A stretch of DNA of 64,000 nt from Syncephalis fuscata S228 (taxonomy: Eukaryota; Fungi; Zoopagomycota), in the NCBI GenBank assembly GCA_025786725.1, contig JAHLTZ010000013.1, positions 310,001 through 374,000 of the forward strand, given 5' to 3'. Both the position numbers and the translations under genes were made by a program. Numbering within the stretch: position 1 is the stretch's first letter; each line of letters starts with the position of its first letter. A model generated the notes under the pieces. It worked only from the letters and a program-made list of their open reading frames with translations. It did not search any database and had not been told where the DNA came from. Of this stretch, positions 1 to 14,306 are shown in pieces.

Positions 1-781
1 AGTAGCAACAACAACAACAACAACAACAATGGACAAGGTTTGGCTGACACAATTAGGAGATCAAGGATAGTGTGTGAAACAATGCACGGATGAGAGGATA
101 CATAAACGCACACACGCACATACGTTGTTCCGAATTAAAGGGAGCGAAGGATCTGCATCATGTATTGAATCTACATAAAAAACAACAATGCCACCAGTTT
201 TACGCACAGCAAATAGAGCGTCAAATTACAAAGAGCCCATTGACACATCAGTACAATTTTCTCGGCTTCAAAGTCACACTCTTTGTCTGTCAAGGTATGC
301 GAATGTCAAACACTATGGCTTTTTCTCTCCCCTCTTCCATTCTGAAATCCTTTATGTTATTTTTAACTGGCATGTTCAAGGTCATTTCGGGTTATTTTGG
401 CGACATTATTTAATAAATAAAAGCGCAGAAACCGACGATATGTCATTACCTATTGTGTAAAAGAACAGCTATACTAGAAATCTAAAACATTGGTTGTAAC
501 AATAATAGCTAAACGGCACAGTTATTCAAAGGCCATTGGTGGCACAACGACCCTGCAAGCTACAGCTTTGTAGTATATTAAATTCAGGTAACTTGCCACT
601 TAGAAGCAACAAAAGGAGAAAAATCTGGCTACAACGCATAGTTTAATACAGTTTGATACAAGTATCAATTATCTTAATATTGATTGCCTGATAACATTGT
701 TTATTATCTGTTTGTTTGTTACAAAAGACTAAATGCGAACTAGATTACCATCATATGTAGAATCACGGTGCATTGAGCCAA

Positions 782-2228
782 TTATCCAGGGCGCTGCCCC
801 GTGTATACATAGTATCTTACATATGGCTTGGTTATCTCTATCTCTTTTTCCCATTCCTCAACCAATGACGGAACTTCGTTTGGTCCAAAAAGACCCGCTT
901 GAATTGCACCAGGAGCAATGACACTGGCAATAGATTTGACATCCAATAGCATTTGCTGACCTATTTTCCCGCCCCAGAGGCCTAAAGGTACGTCATACGC
1001 CCGCGTAGTCACCTGCATAAACCCGGCGTCGGTCAATTTTCCGTCTAGCTGCTGAATTTTGGTTGGATCGCAGTTCCGCATAGCAAGCAGTTTTCGTGCT
1101 ACATCAGTCATTCGGTTACTGATTGGACCGCCTTGTCGATAGAAAGCATCCCATTCGACTATTTCAATCCAGCCTCCAGGACAAGTGACACGGTAAACTT
1201 CTAATAGCAAGGTTTGCCATTTGTTCGTTGGAATAAATGCCAACTGGAAGCGGATGTGCACATAATCAAAAAGCTCAGATGCACAGTTAAGTCCTGTAAA
1301 TAAACAGTGTTAAATATGCCAAAATAGTATAACTTTTTCTATACCTTCGAGTATGTTCATAGACTCAAATCGACAATTAGGGGGCATTGTACTTTGCGGA
1401 TAGCATGCTTCTGAATCTACTCCAAGAAATAATGTGTTTGGAAAATCGGTCGCCATTTCCTATTAATGACCATTAGTAAATCAAAACTTTAGCTACAATA
1501 GCCTACCAGTGCCCAAACACCAGTGCCAGTGTTAATATCCAATGCACGCTTTACATTGTCGAATGGTACAAAATAATTGCGTCCAAATATTGTGTTCATT
1601 AGATAATGTTTATTGCTTTCACTATAATGCATTAAATTTAGATATTGCTCCAGTGTTATTATTAAATAGAAAAGCGTAATTACCGTGCCATTTCATCCTG
1701 AGTTCTTGGTACAAGTACGCCGTTTTCTGCTATAGAGCGTAGGATACTTGTATCGTCTAATGGAGTTTGCCCATGGCCTTCATCTAGTTCCGTATCTATC
1801 TCGTAATTTGTTGATGCCGAACTCTTTCGTCGAGGTGTTGCTGGTACTGAATAGGCACTTGCCCTTGGCGAACCAATAAAATGCTCTAACGATCGTGTTT
1901 TTCGGTGTATAAAATTGTAGAATTTTGACTTGTTTGGCCTATATAAATCATCTTTATGATCTCTTCTTTCTTGTTCTTCTGGAATATCACCTCGATCGTC
2001 CAACCATGCTTGCAAGCTAATGCGGGTCTCAGGACTTGAATATCGTCGTGATCTAGTTGTTGTACCTGGATTTTGAGGCTGTATGTCCAGTGCCGAGGTA
2101 TCATCCGAGTTATATCGTCGCTTAATTCTTGCTAGAGAGCTACTAAAAGATCCACGCCGAGCAACTACGGGCTCGCTTTGTGTTGAAGATTGACTTTTGC
2201 GACGTGCTTTTGAATGGGGTGCGCCCAT
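782..2228 (-). CDS. LaeA-like class I SAM-dependent methyltransferase with long disordered N-terminus (multi-exon)
   Basis: Spliced exons give MGAPHSK..., RALDINTGTGVWAL (motif I), EMATDFPNTLFLGVDS, FDYVHIRFQLAFIP..W..LLLEVYRVTCPGGWIEIVEWD and VPLGLWGGKIG. GT-AG introns link ORFs 1680-2228 and 782-1261. Confidence 0.85.
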
Positions 2229-3093
2229 GTTAACACAAATAGGCTATGCTTTTTAGTGAGCAAAATGCAAAAAGGTTTGTAGAGTACAACGTTAGTTTGA
2301 TTGTATTATTAAAGCGACAGTGTAAGTTACGTAGTAAAGAAAAGAAGCAATGAAGTGTTTCACATCTGTTTATAAAGCTACTTGCATATGAAACCGTCGT
2401 CGATCAACTGGTACACAAAAGAGAAACCATAAGTTCCGAATGCCGCTCAGTTGAGGCCGGTGTAATTACCACCCCATAATGCAAATATAATAATTATTCG
2501 GTCGTCACCATGCTGTAAATAATGGTAATTGCATTAAGCTATGGGCAGCACTACTAGGAATCTATTGCCAATATATTTATACTATGTTCTTATAGTCGAG
2601 TAGCTATGAATTGTTGTATGATTATTTAAAATAAACAATTTAAACCATTATTTATTTACTTAATTATTTTATCCAACGCTCGTCTTATAGCAATAATTTC
2701 TATTTAATATGATACATCATATCAACTAATTACTGGTCTGATATATAATATTGCAATGTATCGTCATTGACAAGAAACTAAAGACATAAATGGCAGTGAA
2801 AATTATTATGTCTGCATATGTATCTATGTGCTTAATGAAAAAAAGAAATAGACTAAATTGAGCTACACAGTAAATATAGATAACAATAAACAGCTAGTTT
2901 TTACAAATAAATTATACTAAAATATTGATAAAATATTTATCATTGGTGCAATGTTAAGATGATTAGATAAAGAAGCTGAGTAAAATGGTTAATTTAGTTG
3001 TAGTCTTATTAAGTTTAATTTTTTAATGTTTGCAAAAAAGCTATGTTTATTTAAATAATAAAATGATGCATAAATGATAATATGATGTTACAA

Positions 3094-4433
3094 AACAAAT
3101 GACTAAATGACGTACCGTAATTCTATTCTTGTTGGATACAAGTATTTTTGAATATATATTTATTAAAGTATTCCATGTAAACTGTACGAGCAAACAAATA
3201 GTGAAAATAATGCTTGCTGCGTATCTACATTGCTAAATACTCGGAATGGCCGTCAGACATAATTATAAATTGCAATAGCACTGTACCATTACGCATAAAA
3301 CACGCAGCACTGATATTTACAAATTATTTAGCCAACCACATGTATTGCTAGTTTACTCCGCACAGCCATGGAGACAGTATGTATATGTTGGTTTGTATAA
3401 ATCATCTGCAGTTCCATGCAGCATCCAACTAGTGAAAGCTGTATAAACAATACTCGATTTACCACCACATCCACATCACCTCGGATATAAACAACATACC
3501 AATTGCAATTCCTATGCTATCCATACACCAGACAATTATCAATGCAATTATACAGATAAACACCTAGAAAACACCATATTCATTAAACAGAACACTAGTC
3601 AGCTATGTGCAGTCTAACATCATTTGCAGCATGTATTCAACATGCCACAAAACCATATAGTATCTAGCTGACTATATATCTGTAAGTACTCGCATGGTAA
3701 AAGACACAAATGCACTACACTTCACATGGCAATTTACTTAATTTAATTGTGTTAAACTGTAGGCAGTAATAATCTTGTAATTTCCAAGTGTATAACAATA
3801 TAAAATATAGTAAGCAATAGATAATGGCAAGAGAAGATAAAAGCATAATGCTTGGTTTAAAAACAACAACAAAGCTGGCTTATATTGTGGCAATAACGAA
3901 ACTTTTACAACAAAACATGACACCTAATACCACCCAAGATAAATGTACTACGCAATTGGTCTTCAACATGAATAGCTATAGACAATATTTGATAAATCAT
4001 ATGTTTTTTCCGTTGAAAGACTCCTTGTTTATTTGTAATACAGATCATATTTACTGCTATCTTCCATATCAGCCGCACATCAGTGCTAGCAATATTTGTA
4101 TAGTATAATAAACTGGTCAATAGCATTTGTACTATATGATTCTGCCGATTAAGCATAAAAGATGATCCATACTAAACTTGTATGCACAGCATAGTAGATA
4201 GCTTTGTTTCCCTAGTAATGCCAATTATAATATTATTTAAATTAATGCCGATCATTTAAACAATATGCAGCATAATTCACCGGCACTAGCCTTCATTTAG
4301 TGTTGCCTGTAAACATTTATAATACATCTTGATAATCTATTTGTTGCATAATAATACAATTTATTTAAATGTTTTTATACCAAGTTGTATCTATCCAAAT
4401 TTATTTAACACAACTAAAAACATTAATAAATGT
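3094..4433 (+). repeat. Repeat A (~1.34 kb), near-identical inverted copy at 23643-24978
   Basis: Reverse-complement match read by eye. Identical short ORFs appear on opposite strands (3824-4108 vs 23963-24247; 3905-4156 vs 23915-24166). Confidence 0.95.
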
Positions 4434-5707
4434 ACTGACAACTCAGCTTGACTTTCTACTTCATTAAAATAACTGACATCATTTGCTTTATTATTCCTGA
4501 CCTGTATTAGACGTTTCACAATACCATAATGTTGGTTTTTTTATATAGCCTTAAACAATATATAAATCTTTCACTGCGTAACATTTACATCAAAGTAATG
4601 AGAAGATAACTTTATAAATGTTACCAATTTTATTTTCATATTATAACTTCATTTAATTTTAAAATTCTATTGTTTTGGCAAAAGCTAGTAGAACAAATCT
4701 AAAATTATTCAAAATTATGTCAAGCTAATTATAGAGCAATAAAACTTAACCATGTTGTTTCCCATTATAGATAATAAATAAAGCAAAGCTTTTTGTAAAA
4801 TTTAAACTAGCCAATAATATTTGGCATTAATGTTATTGCCGTTTTTAGCTATATTCTCATGAGGCATTTCACACGACTAGCAATGGCTAATGATTCACAT
4901 GATGCTCAAGTATAGCTATTAAACATGTTTGTTAGTGTTATTATTTAATATAAATTAAGGCACATAGCATTGAATTGTTATAAAAAATATTGATTTGAAT
5001 ATTACGTATATTTTATATGCTTTATAGCATTTAAACCCAATGTCTGACTTTTTAAGCTTATTCTACAACATGTAAATATGAAATTTTGTCATTTGTCTTT
5101 TTAATGCTAGGTTGTATTTGGTATTTAATTAAACAACATTTATATTTAAAAAGCAGCCAAGCCCTGTGCGACCGTGCAGCTGATCGGAAATGGAAATAGA
5201 AAAACCAGCTAAATTATTGGTAAAGAAAATAATTTTATTTTATTGAACTTGCCAGTACTTTGTCTTTTTGGAGCTATTGCCAGGAGACAATTGAATGTGG
5301 TATAAAATTATTTTATATAGTAAATAAAAATTAAATAAACACAATACTTTTGTGCAGTATATGTGTATAGTAGCAACAATAATAAATTTTATACGATCCG
5401 GCTACTAATTAATAATTCAGTTATCTGATTTGGAATATTGGAATAGGATAAACTTTTGAACAATAAAGGCATTTTTCCAACGCATTTTCTATCGTCTGAT
5501 AGGAAAGTCCAATTTTATACATGCCATTTTTGTATAGATCTATTTGCGCATCAACAGCGTAGATATAGCGCAGCTACAATATAAATAAGTTTATTTTTTG
5601 CTGTAGTCAAAGTAACTCATCACAAAAACCAAGCTCTTTATCTAACACACTGTTAATAATTGTATCCAAGCACATAATTGTTTATTTTAATTTAACCAGC
5701 AATCACT

Positions 5708-5896
5708 ATGAAGTTCTCCGCCGCTATCTTTGCCATCGCTGCTCTCTTGGCCGTTACCGTCTCGATCGAGGCCGCTCCAGGATTTACTAAACCACCTACT
5801 GCTGGGGCACCATGCGTTATTGGCACGCCACCCGTTGGACAACTTGAGTGCAAGGATAATGGCGATGGCACCGGCAACTGGGGCTGGCATTACTAA
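5708..5896 (+). CDS. Small secreted 62-aa peptide (signal peptide plus ~40-aa Gly/Pro-rich, two-Cys mature peptide)
   Basis: MKFSAAIFAIAALLAVTVSIEA|APGFTKPPTAGAPCVIGTPPVGQLECKDNGDGTGNWGWHY*. GC-rich island with coding-like codon usage in AT-rich flanks; TATAAATA about 125 bp upstream. Confidence 0.8.
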   Translation: MKFSAAIFAIAALLAVTVSIEAAPGFTKPPTAGAPCVIGTPPVGQLECKDNGDGTGNWGWHY

Positions 5897-6283
5897 ATGG
5901 TTGCTGTAAACTGCCCTTGCAATAGTTTACTGACCATTAAATAATGCTCAAGGTCAATCCATATATAAGCAATGTCTATACTTGACTATAAAATCTTAGT
6001 TTTAATAATAAATTGCTTGTATTTTCTATAAATATACTACTACCACTATCTCTTTAATGGCTATTGTTTTGTTTAAACTTACTCGCCTTATCTAAACGTT
6101 AGCGATTATTTGGTAATTGCTTACTTCAATAAAACATAAAGGCGATGCTATTATAAAGTAAATAATAAATATCTATTTTTTTAATTATTAATCATTGCAG
6201 TTAACCTTTTAATAACTGAATAGCACTTGTAATTATTTTTTTTAAAAATAAATATAAAACTAAAAATAAGATGATGTTTATTA

Positions 6284-7084
6284 TTATTTAAATAATTTAG
6301 TAGCAATATATATGTATATATGTATAAAACTTGTTGAATAGTGCCATACTACAAATACTGACGACAATTTACACCATGTTCACTACTATTGGCAATACTA
6401 TTATTGGCATATCTACTAGAACATATAAATGATATGCTGCAAAACAAAGTGACAAATAGAAGTTTGTGGATAGTGTTGCTGAAACTACAGTGTGCACGAC
6501 TCTTTGAACAAAACGAGTGATAAGAGTTGAGATTTGCAATTAATAAAAACAGTATCAAATAAACAGCGGTTTTAAACAAAGCAGTATTATTTAGACATAG
6601 GATGGCATAGAGAGTGGCCAATAAGCAAAGCAGTGTATGAATAGTGGTGTTAGCATTATAGTGTGCTTATATGTATAAGCCAATGAACGGATGAGTCGAG
6701 ATTTACAGATTATAAAGCTAGAACAAGCGAACAACTGTAATAATTAGCGCGTATTTACCAGACAATAAAATAATATACATATAATGAATATGCAATACTG
6801 AATAACAATTAGCGTTATTAAAGTTATTGGGCATATGTGCATGAGCAGACTACTGATATTGGTTAAAATTTACTAAGAGTAAAGATAGAACAAAGTAAAA
6901 GCAGTATTGGATAGGGGAAGGCTAGGAGAATATACAATGGGAAGAGTATGACAAGTAATGTTGGTGTTATAGTGCATATAAAATAATGAGTAGAGTAAGC
7001 AAATTATATTGTAGCATATAATAAATAGAATGTATCTAGTATAATATAGAATAATATAGATAAATAGACTATATATGCATACTG
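6284..7084 (+). repeat. Repeat B (~0.8 kb), near-identical inverted copy at 26854-27654
   Basis: Reverse-complement match; identical 90-aa ORF at 6349-6621(-) and 27317-27589(+). Confidence 0.95.
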
Positions 7085-7142
7085 CATTAAATACTTTAAA
7101 GTTTTTTATTTATAGAAAAATGGTCTTGTATAAATAATTTAG

Positions 7143-7222
7143 CACAAGCACTATTTGACACCGTAGACTGCAGTCAACTAAAAATAATTGACTTTAATAT
7201 ATAATGGCAAATAGTGCTTGTG
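7143..7222. repeat. 80-bp foldback with perfect 15-bp inverted arms
   Basis: CACAAGCACTATTTG (7143-7157) pairs with CAAATAGTGCTTGTG (7208-7222); inner AGTCAA/TTGACT pair. Confidence 0.75.
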
Positions 7223-7346
7223 GCAAAAAATTGCCATAAATTCTTAATCGTTTTTTAATATAAATATAGCTGTAACCAGTCTACCACACAGACAAACGCC
7301 TCATAGTACAATGATACTTTTTTAGTGTAATTTTCTCGCTGACTAT

Positions 7347-8757
7347 TTACCGATGAGCGGTATGAATAAAAACATTACCGTAGCATCGACTAGTATCAAC
7401 TTCATTTTGCCACTCAGTTATGAGCAGCGTGAAATCAATTTCATTAGTTAGACCTATATCGAGCAGTAATGGTTTTAACATAGCCAATTGAGCAAGAAAA
7501 TCGCTTTGAAAGAGCCGGCCCACATGACCGCCCCAATCACCGCATGGCAACGAAACAGTAATGCAATTAACGCCAAAAAATCCGGCCTGAGTAAGCATGT
7601 CAGTTAGTCGATGTTTCGCATCAACATCTATACCGATATAGTCAGCCAATCCGCCCAATAACTGATTTATTTGGTGACCGGCCGGTCCCACCGATTCTAA
7701 TTGAAATGCAAATTCGGTCATTTGTAATACACCCTCTACCGCAGTCGTTGCCAATAGATCACGGCAAACAGATGACCACGACTCGGCTGGCATACTAGTA
7801 GCAAGAAATCGACAGTGAACAAAATCAAATGATGTTGCTAAAGCACTTAGACCCGGCTCTATGATTACCAGTAATTAATAGTCAGTTAAACAATTATTAT
7901 TGACACTTATCCTGACAAAGTGCACCTACCTTCGGCAATATCTAGGACATAAAACGTGCAGTTTTTTGGCATTACCGTTGTTGGAAACTGTGACGATTTG
8001 TCGATACCAACACATGCAGCATCAGGCCATTCCATGGCAACTTCCTAAGAATCCACATGAACACGCATAGACACCATTGCTGTATTAGTAAGCTGTTATA
8101 ACTATTCTCCCTGTCCACCACCATGATCGCTATTACTACACAAATATACACCACACGTATATATATATACTTATATCACACTTACCATTAACCAAGTGCC
8201 AGCACCAGTGCCAACATCCAAAATCGACCTTGGTTTACCAAGTGGCACAATATAGTTATTGCCGATAACATAGCGCAATGTAGCATGCATGCGATTAACC
8301 AAATCCAATTCATCCTCGTCGGGTAAAATATGTTGTGACGACCGTTTACTCGATGATGACAGGTGCTGGCCGGTAACACAGAGACAATGTGCTTTGTTGT
8401 TGGATCCTCCATGCCATTCGTCCTTTTTTTACCACCACCATCATGGCTCGCCTTTTCTTCCTCCTCCTCCGCCTCCTCTGCCCCCTCCGCCTCCTCTTTT
8501 AGACTCGTTGCCGTGTTGGCACGAGGTCGTGTCATTAAGCTGCCGGTTGAACGATGCCGAACCACCGTAGCTGTTGCGCCACCTGACCCCTTTAGATACC
8601 AATGTTCCAAGCTACTATGGCGACGCAATGTAGCGGTGGCTGGTCCAACATCGCTTGATGATTTTTGTAATCGATGGGATCTAATAAAACTCGATACGGG
8701 ACTTGACTCGCCGTAGACATCAGAGTCTCGCTTAAATCTGCCATGCTTGTTCCCCAT
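7347..8757 (-). CDS. LaeA-like SAM-dependent methyltransferase, paralog 2 (one apparent frameshift near 8350)
   Basis: MGNKHGRFKR..., LPDEDELDLVNRMHATLRYVIGNNY..PRSILDVGTGAGTW, EVAMEWPDAACVGID, FDFVHCRFLAS, LPCGDWGGHVG. Confidence 0.85.
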
Positions 8758-9578
8758 GAATATGGGCGGTGTTCAGTCTACTATATAAATAATGTATGTA
8801 TGATATAGGTGTATATGGGTGTATATTTTTATAAGTGGTAATAGATAAATGATAAGTGTGATAATGGTATCTTCTTTACGGCTTAGAAAATTGTAAGACA
8901 ACGCTGATTTCCTGTAATTGATTACTTTACTCATCAATAGTAAATAAAATTGAAACGGTAACAATGATGAATTGATGATAATAGTGACAATGATAATGAT
9001 GCTGCTGCTGCTAGTTGTAGTTGTAGTTGTAGGTGTTCGTGTTAGTATTGTTAGTTGCTACGACGACTCTTATTGCTATTATGTTAGCTACAAAAAAGAA
9101 GAAAAAGAAGACAAAAGTAAATTGATGTTTATTGAGGTGTAATATGTGACAATTCGCCATGCTATTGGCAATCGATCTATGAGAGCACATGTGTGGATGT
9201 GTGCAGTGTGTGTGTGTGGTGTGTCTCAAGTTCATGGCTACACAAACGCAAAGTGCAATATTTGCCGTCGCATGATCACATCTGTCACACGGCTCGCCTT
9301 GGCCACACGTCATAATACGGCCCAATAGAAGGTCTATTGGCCAGTGTTGTTATTGTAGTATCTATCCATACACGCACACATATCAGGTGCCCTCCTACAA
9401 TAAAAAGTCAACTTGAGTTATCCACTTGTTTATTTGTGTTTAATAAAGGATCATCTATGACATCATTAGTCACATGAATGAGCACGTTGTCGATCATGAT
9501 ATAGTTCGAGGAATGAATGGAAGAAGAAAAATACAACTGTAACAACAGCACTATTACTGAGCGATAAAAGAAATAGAA

Positions 9579-12500
9579 TTAACTCGTTTCAGTCGCCAGA
9601 TCAGCATCTAGACCAGTTCCATTGATTTCAGGTATTAATGGTGTATCGGTGGTGGTTACAGAAGTAGCATGATGGCTATTATCATCTGACAACTTGTTGT
9701 TTGGTATACTGTCCATGGATGGTCTATCCAAGTCTAATGGCACTATGTCCTCCTCCTTGTTCTTCTCATGTTCAAAGTTAGTCTGTATTAGAGAAGATGA
9801 AGACAAAGTTGATGTTGTTGATGATGGTGCAGGTGACAATGTGGCCATGTCCATACTCGGTGGTGATTGCATGTCAAGAACAGCTCTAGACTTGTAATGA
9901 CATCAGGTTCACCCACTTTCCAATTACGTCGCCATCCTTCGGCATAGATTTCCTCAAGGACTGGCTTGAATATGCCTTTTTGTGTCAATTCCAAGTATTT
10001 CTTGTACAACAACAATGCCTATTATCCATAACCCATATTAGTAATAATTAGTATTAATAAGTGTTACTTACGGTCCGTGCATCTTCAATACTGTCGTGAC
10101 TACTTGTTTGAATGGTTTCACCTAACAAGTACCAAGCTAGAAATCGCAATGATATTTTACGTTGTCTATTCTTTAGATGGAATAAATCAACTGTATCAAT
10201 GACTTGTTCAGATGGTACAAGCATATTAATGATACGGAAATCCTTTTTTAATCCATGTCCCACAAATATACAGCCCATATCAAGTAGCAAGCGTAACTTC
10301 TTATAAGCTGTCTTTAACGATACTAGATTGTGACGTGACAGTGTGGGATCAAGATCATTTGGCTCAATGCCTGAGAATTCAGTTAAATAATCGACTACTG
10401 GTTCAATGGAGGCTATATAGTCATCGATGAATGGAATGCCCTCCAGATCACCTTCACCGCGTACCACACTGACACGGGCTAGACTTAATCGACTTGGACG
10501 TACTACAACGCGTACACCTTCCACGTTTAATTCCGTCTTTTCCTATTTAATACAATTCCATTAATTAGTCAATAAATAGCTTTGCTTATTCACCTAGGTC
10601 ATGATTACCTGAGAAAGTGACACGAATTCAGCATCAATGGCACATAAAGTACCAGCCTTTATTTGTTCGTTTTCACCCAATGTTTGATGCTTCTTTACAG
10701 CAGGATCTGTATGTCTAATTCATTTAATTTATTCATTAATAATCGGATATAGTAGTAATGGTGGTGGCAATACTTACTTCGATATAGATATATCGTGGTA
10801 TAGAATAGACGTATTTCCATGTCGTGGTACATAAATGGGCACTAGAATGTCATCTACTGTTTCCCTCACGTAACATAAGACAGATGGTAACTATTAATAA
10901 TTAGTATCAATATCTTATTAGGCACAGCTATTTAATTTACCTTCCAACTTGGATATAAATCAAGTACTTGGTCTTTGGGGATATTCTTGACTAAAAAGTC
11001 ATTAAATAAATACCAACTGTCCTGTCCATCCACTGATACTATAATAAAGTTATTAACATAACGATGTTTATAGTGATTATTATTACGTACTTTTAATCTG
11101 TGCTACCAAATGAGGTAGTTCCTTTTCCGGTTGAATTTGACTAATAACAGACTAATATACGTAATAATTAATTAATTAATTAATTAATAATAATATTTTT
11201 TAATCTGTTAATCTATTAATTTATTTGAATACTTACTGATAGATTAAATATACTACATGTTTCATAGAGTGTCTCATCTGGATCCAATGTGGCATCTGTC
11301 ACATCTCGTACTTCTAATTCACCATCCTTTCTCATACCAATAAATAATCTATAATAAATTATATATATATACATATTAATACATATTAATACACAATGAG
11401 TGTCAATGTATGTAATCACTTACCGAGTGGGTAACCATCGATCTTGTTCATTGCCGGTATGACATCGCCAATAACTACGATCTTCTCGTTTATATAACGA
11501 TGAATTAATATTAAGTATTAATGGGAGACCACGTAAGCGTTTCCATTGTTTAGATGGTTGGTATTGGCCACATTCATCGCACCAAGCACGGGTTGTTTGT
11601 TTTCGACCAAGCTTTCACTAATGGCTTGTGTAAAGTAGCGACCCGTATCCTAATCATAAATAAAATAAATATAATGGCCAATCAACAAATTCACTCCATC
11701 ATCTACCTTGGATGAATACGATAGATCAAGTGTGAATGGCGTAGAATCCCTTTGCGTTATATGATTACATTGGCACTGACTCTGTGTCGTCATTGATATG
11801 CCAAATAATTGCTGTATAGGTGACAGATTTGTATTAGCTCGTATAATAGATAGCGATGTATCGCATTCTTGATGTAATTGTTCAAGAATAAATCGATTAA
11901 AGTTTTGAATTAAAGCGGCATAGGATGTACGAGGTTCAGGCGTTTCTGGTTCGAATAAGCCCAATGCTGATGCTATAGACATATAAAATATTAAGCATTA
12001 TAATTTATAATTGATGGTTCATTTACCTTGAGGAATAGTACTAAAAGCACGTAAGAAATTATTTGCTTGACAATTCAATCCATTAGATGCTTCTAGCATT
12101 TTTAGTAAAAAGCCAAGTTCACAACAAAGACAGTCCTGTTTAGTACATGGCTGATTAATGTGTAATTTGGCCACCGAATGAAGACCAGGCAGAAAGCGTA
12201 ATAATTGTAATTCGGCATTACAATATGAATTGGTGATATGTGTTTCAAGTCCACCAAATGAAGTACGATTATAGTATCTATTATATAATAAATTAGAAAT
12301 AGTACTCTATACTTGTAGTAATACTTACTCAAAATCAAAGTCTTCAACACCAAATTTACTGTATTTTATTTCTACTTTACGGTAATAATCAGGTATGTCA
12401 CCTAGTCCTGATCGAGTAGGCCATTCTTCCCAGCCATAACGAGCCATTCTCTGTCGCTCCTCTTCATCCATCTCGTGTAGTTGTTCAATGTCACGTGCCG

Positions 12501-14306
12501 ATTCCACACTCATTCCCTATTTAATTACTAGTTAATCATAGCAGCACAATAATATCCTTACTAAATACTTACCATTGGATTTAGCGTTGAATTGGCTCGT
12601 TTCCTATCACGTTCTGATCGAAATCGAGGTGTATCTGTCGTACGATACTTACGGTACGAGCTTGATACTTGATTACGTAGTCGTGTACCAGGATTAGGTG
12701 CATATCCAACAAAATCAACCATCTTCATGGTATCCAGCACTTCAGGATCAAGTGATTCATTGGGTCGACCCACTTCAAATACCATATGACTTGGCCAAGC
12801 TGATAAAAGTGATTCATCGTAATATGGCATACCAACAAGCGAGAATGGACTATATATATATATATAGTGTATAGAATGTATAAGCACTAAATTAACACTT
12901 AAATTACACACCTACCTATCACCGTAAATATTAATATTGGGTAATGGTGTCGCTACAGAATCGGCCATTTCAGGCATTTCATTAGCAGCATTGACTTGTG
13001 GTTCTTTACCACGTCCCCATAAACTAACAACCGATTCAGCATCACCAAAACTAGCCAGACTACCAGATGGTGCAACATCAAATGCCGTTACAAAACTATT
13101 TGTCGACTCCTAAATAAATCCATTACTATCAATGATCCACTCTATTCTCTATTACTTACCCGATAGTATTGAAGATTGACTGAAGATGGATTATTCACAT
13201 CACACCATTGGAATTGTCCATCCTGTGCCACCATAATCATTTGACTCGATCCATTTGGATCCAGTTTAAGAAATGAAGGACCAGCAGAAAATGAAATAGG
13301 CATTAAAGACTCATTGTACGGATGTCATACACTTTAACCAGTGGATCAATAATTAAATCACCATGTCTAGTAAACAATAGTATTATAATTAGTCAATAGC
13401 TGTATTATAACAGTATAATACTTACCGTTCAGAGAATCCACAGGTCATAATTAGATTCTCTGTTACAGCAATATCCGATAGAGCACCTGTATGTGCTTGT
13501 ACAGCATGTTCTACTCTAAATGTACGTGGATCACGTAACATTACTTCACCCGATGCAGTGCCACAACAAACTAGACGGGATCGACGCAATACAACGATGT
13601 CACTGTCACAGTCAAACTAATAAAACAACTAGTAATCAATAACCCTTTACGTATCTATTATTAACCTCTACCATAGTCTATATTTACCTTGCGTGTAATA
13701 GTACCACGATCAATATTAACCAGCAATGCAGGGCGTTGTCGGCCAGCTACAATAACATCCGAGTGTCGTAGTGTACTCGTGGTCATACAGTATAGATCTT
13801 GAGTTAAATGTGGATCACTATATACAAATGAATGAATTGATTCATTGTAAGTTTACTATGTCAACTATTTCATTAAATAGCTATGAATACAGCTATAACC
13901 TATCTATCTATCTATTACCTAATAGTCCATTGAACAAGACCGCGTCGATGTGTTAACCGTATACTATTTGGTCCAACAGATAGTATACCGGCGGCCATCG
14001 ACATAAGTTGACGTACCGGTCCTGCATGGGCTCTAAAACTAGTATATTTATGGATGCTATTGCCGACATAGGACGTGACCCGGCCCTTTTAATTATACGA
14101 ATCCCATATCCCATGTATCATACAAAAAGATAAGCTTTCTTTGAACTCTAGATTACAGACTAGCTTACTCGTTCGTTGCCCATCCATAGCAGTTCTTGGT
14201 CGTAGTCGAAGGCCGCAGCCGTCACTGCTACTGGCGTCATAGTAGCGGACGGTCCCGTTACATCGGCATCGCACACGGACGCCAGTTGGGTCCACCCGTC
14301 TGCCAT
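9579..14306 (-). CDS. PAN2: PAN2 deadenylase catalytic subunit (WD40, pseudo-UCH and DEDD exonuclease domains)
   Basis: MADGWTQL..AFDYDQELLWMGNE start; KVEIKYSKFGVEDFDF; LCAIDAEFVSL; SLARVSVVRGEG; VDYLTEFSGI; FVGHGLKKDFRIIN; HDSIEDART. Many short introns. Confidence 0.95.

Noticed and set aside
3738-4156. Short ORFs duplicated in A/A', and the 90-aa ORF in B/B'
   Set aside because: They are identical only because the DNA is duplicated; no motifs or coding-like bias.
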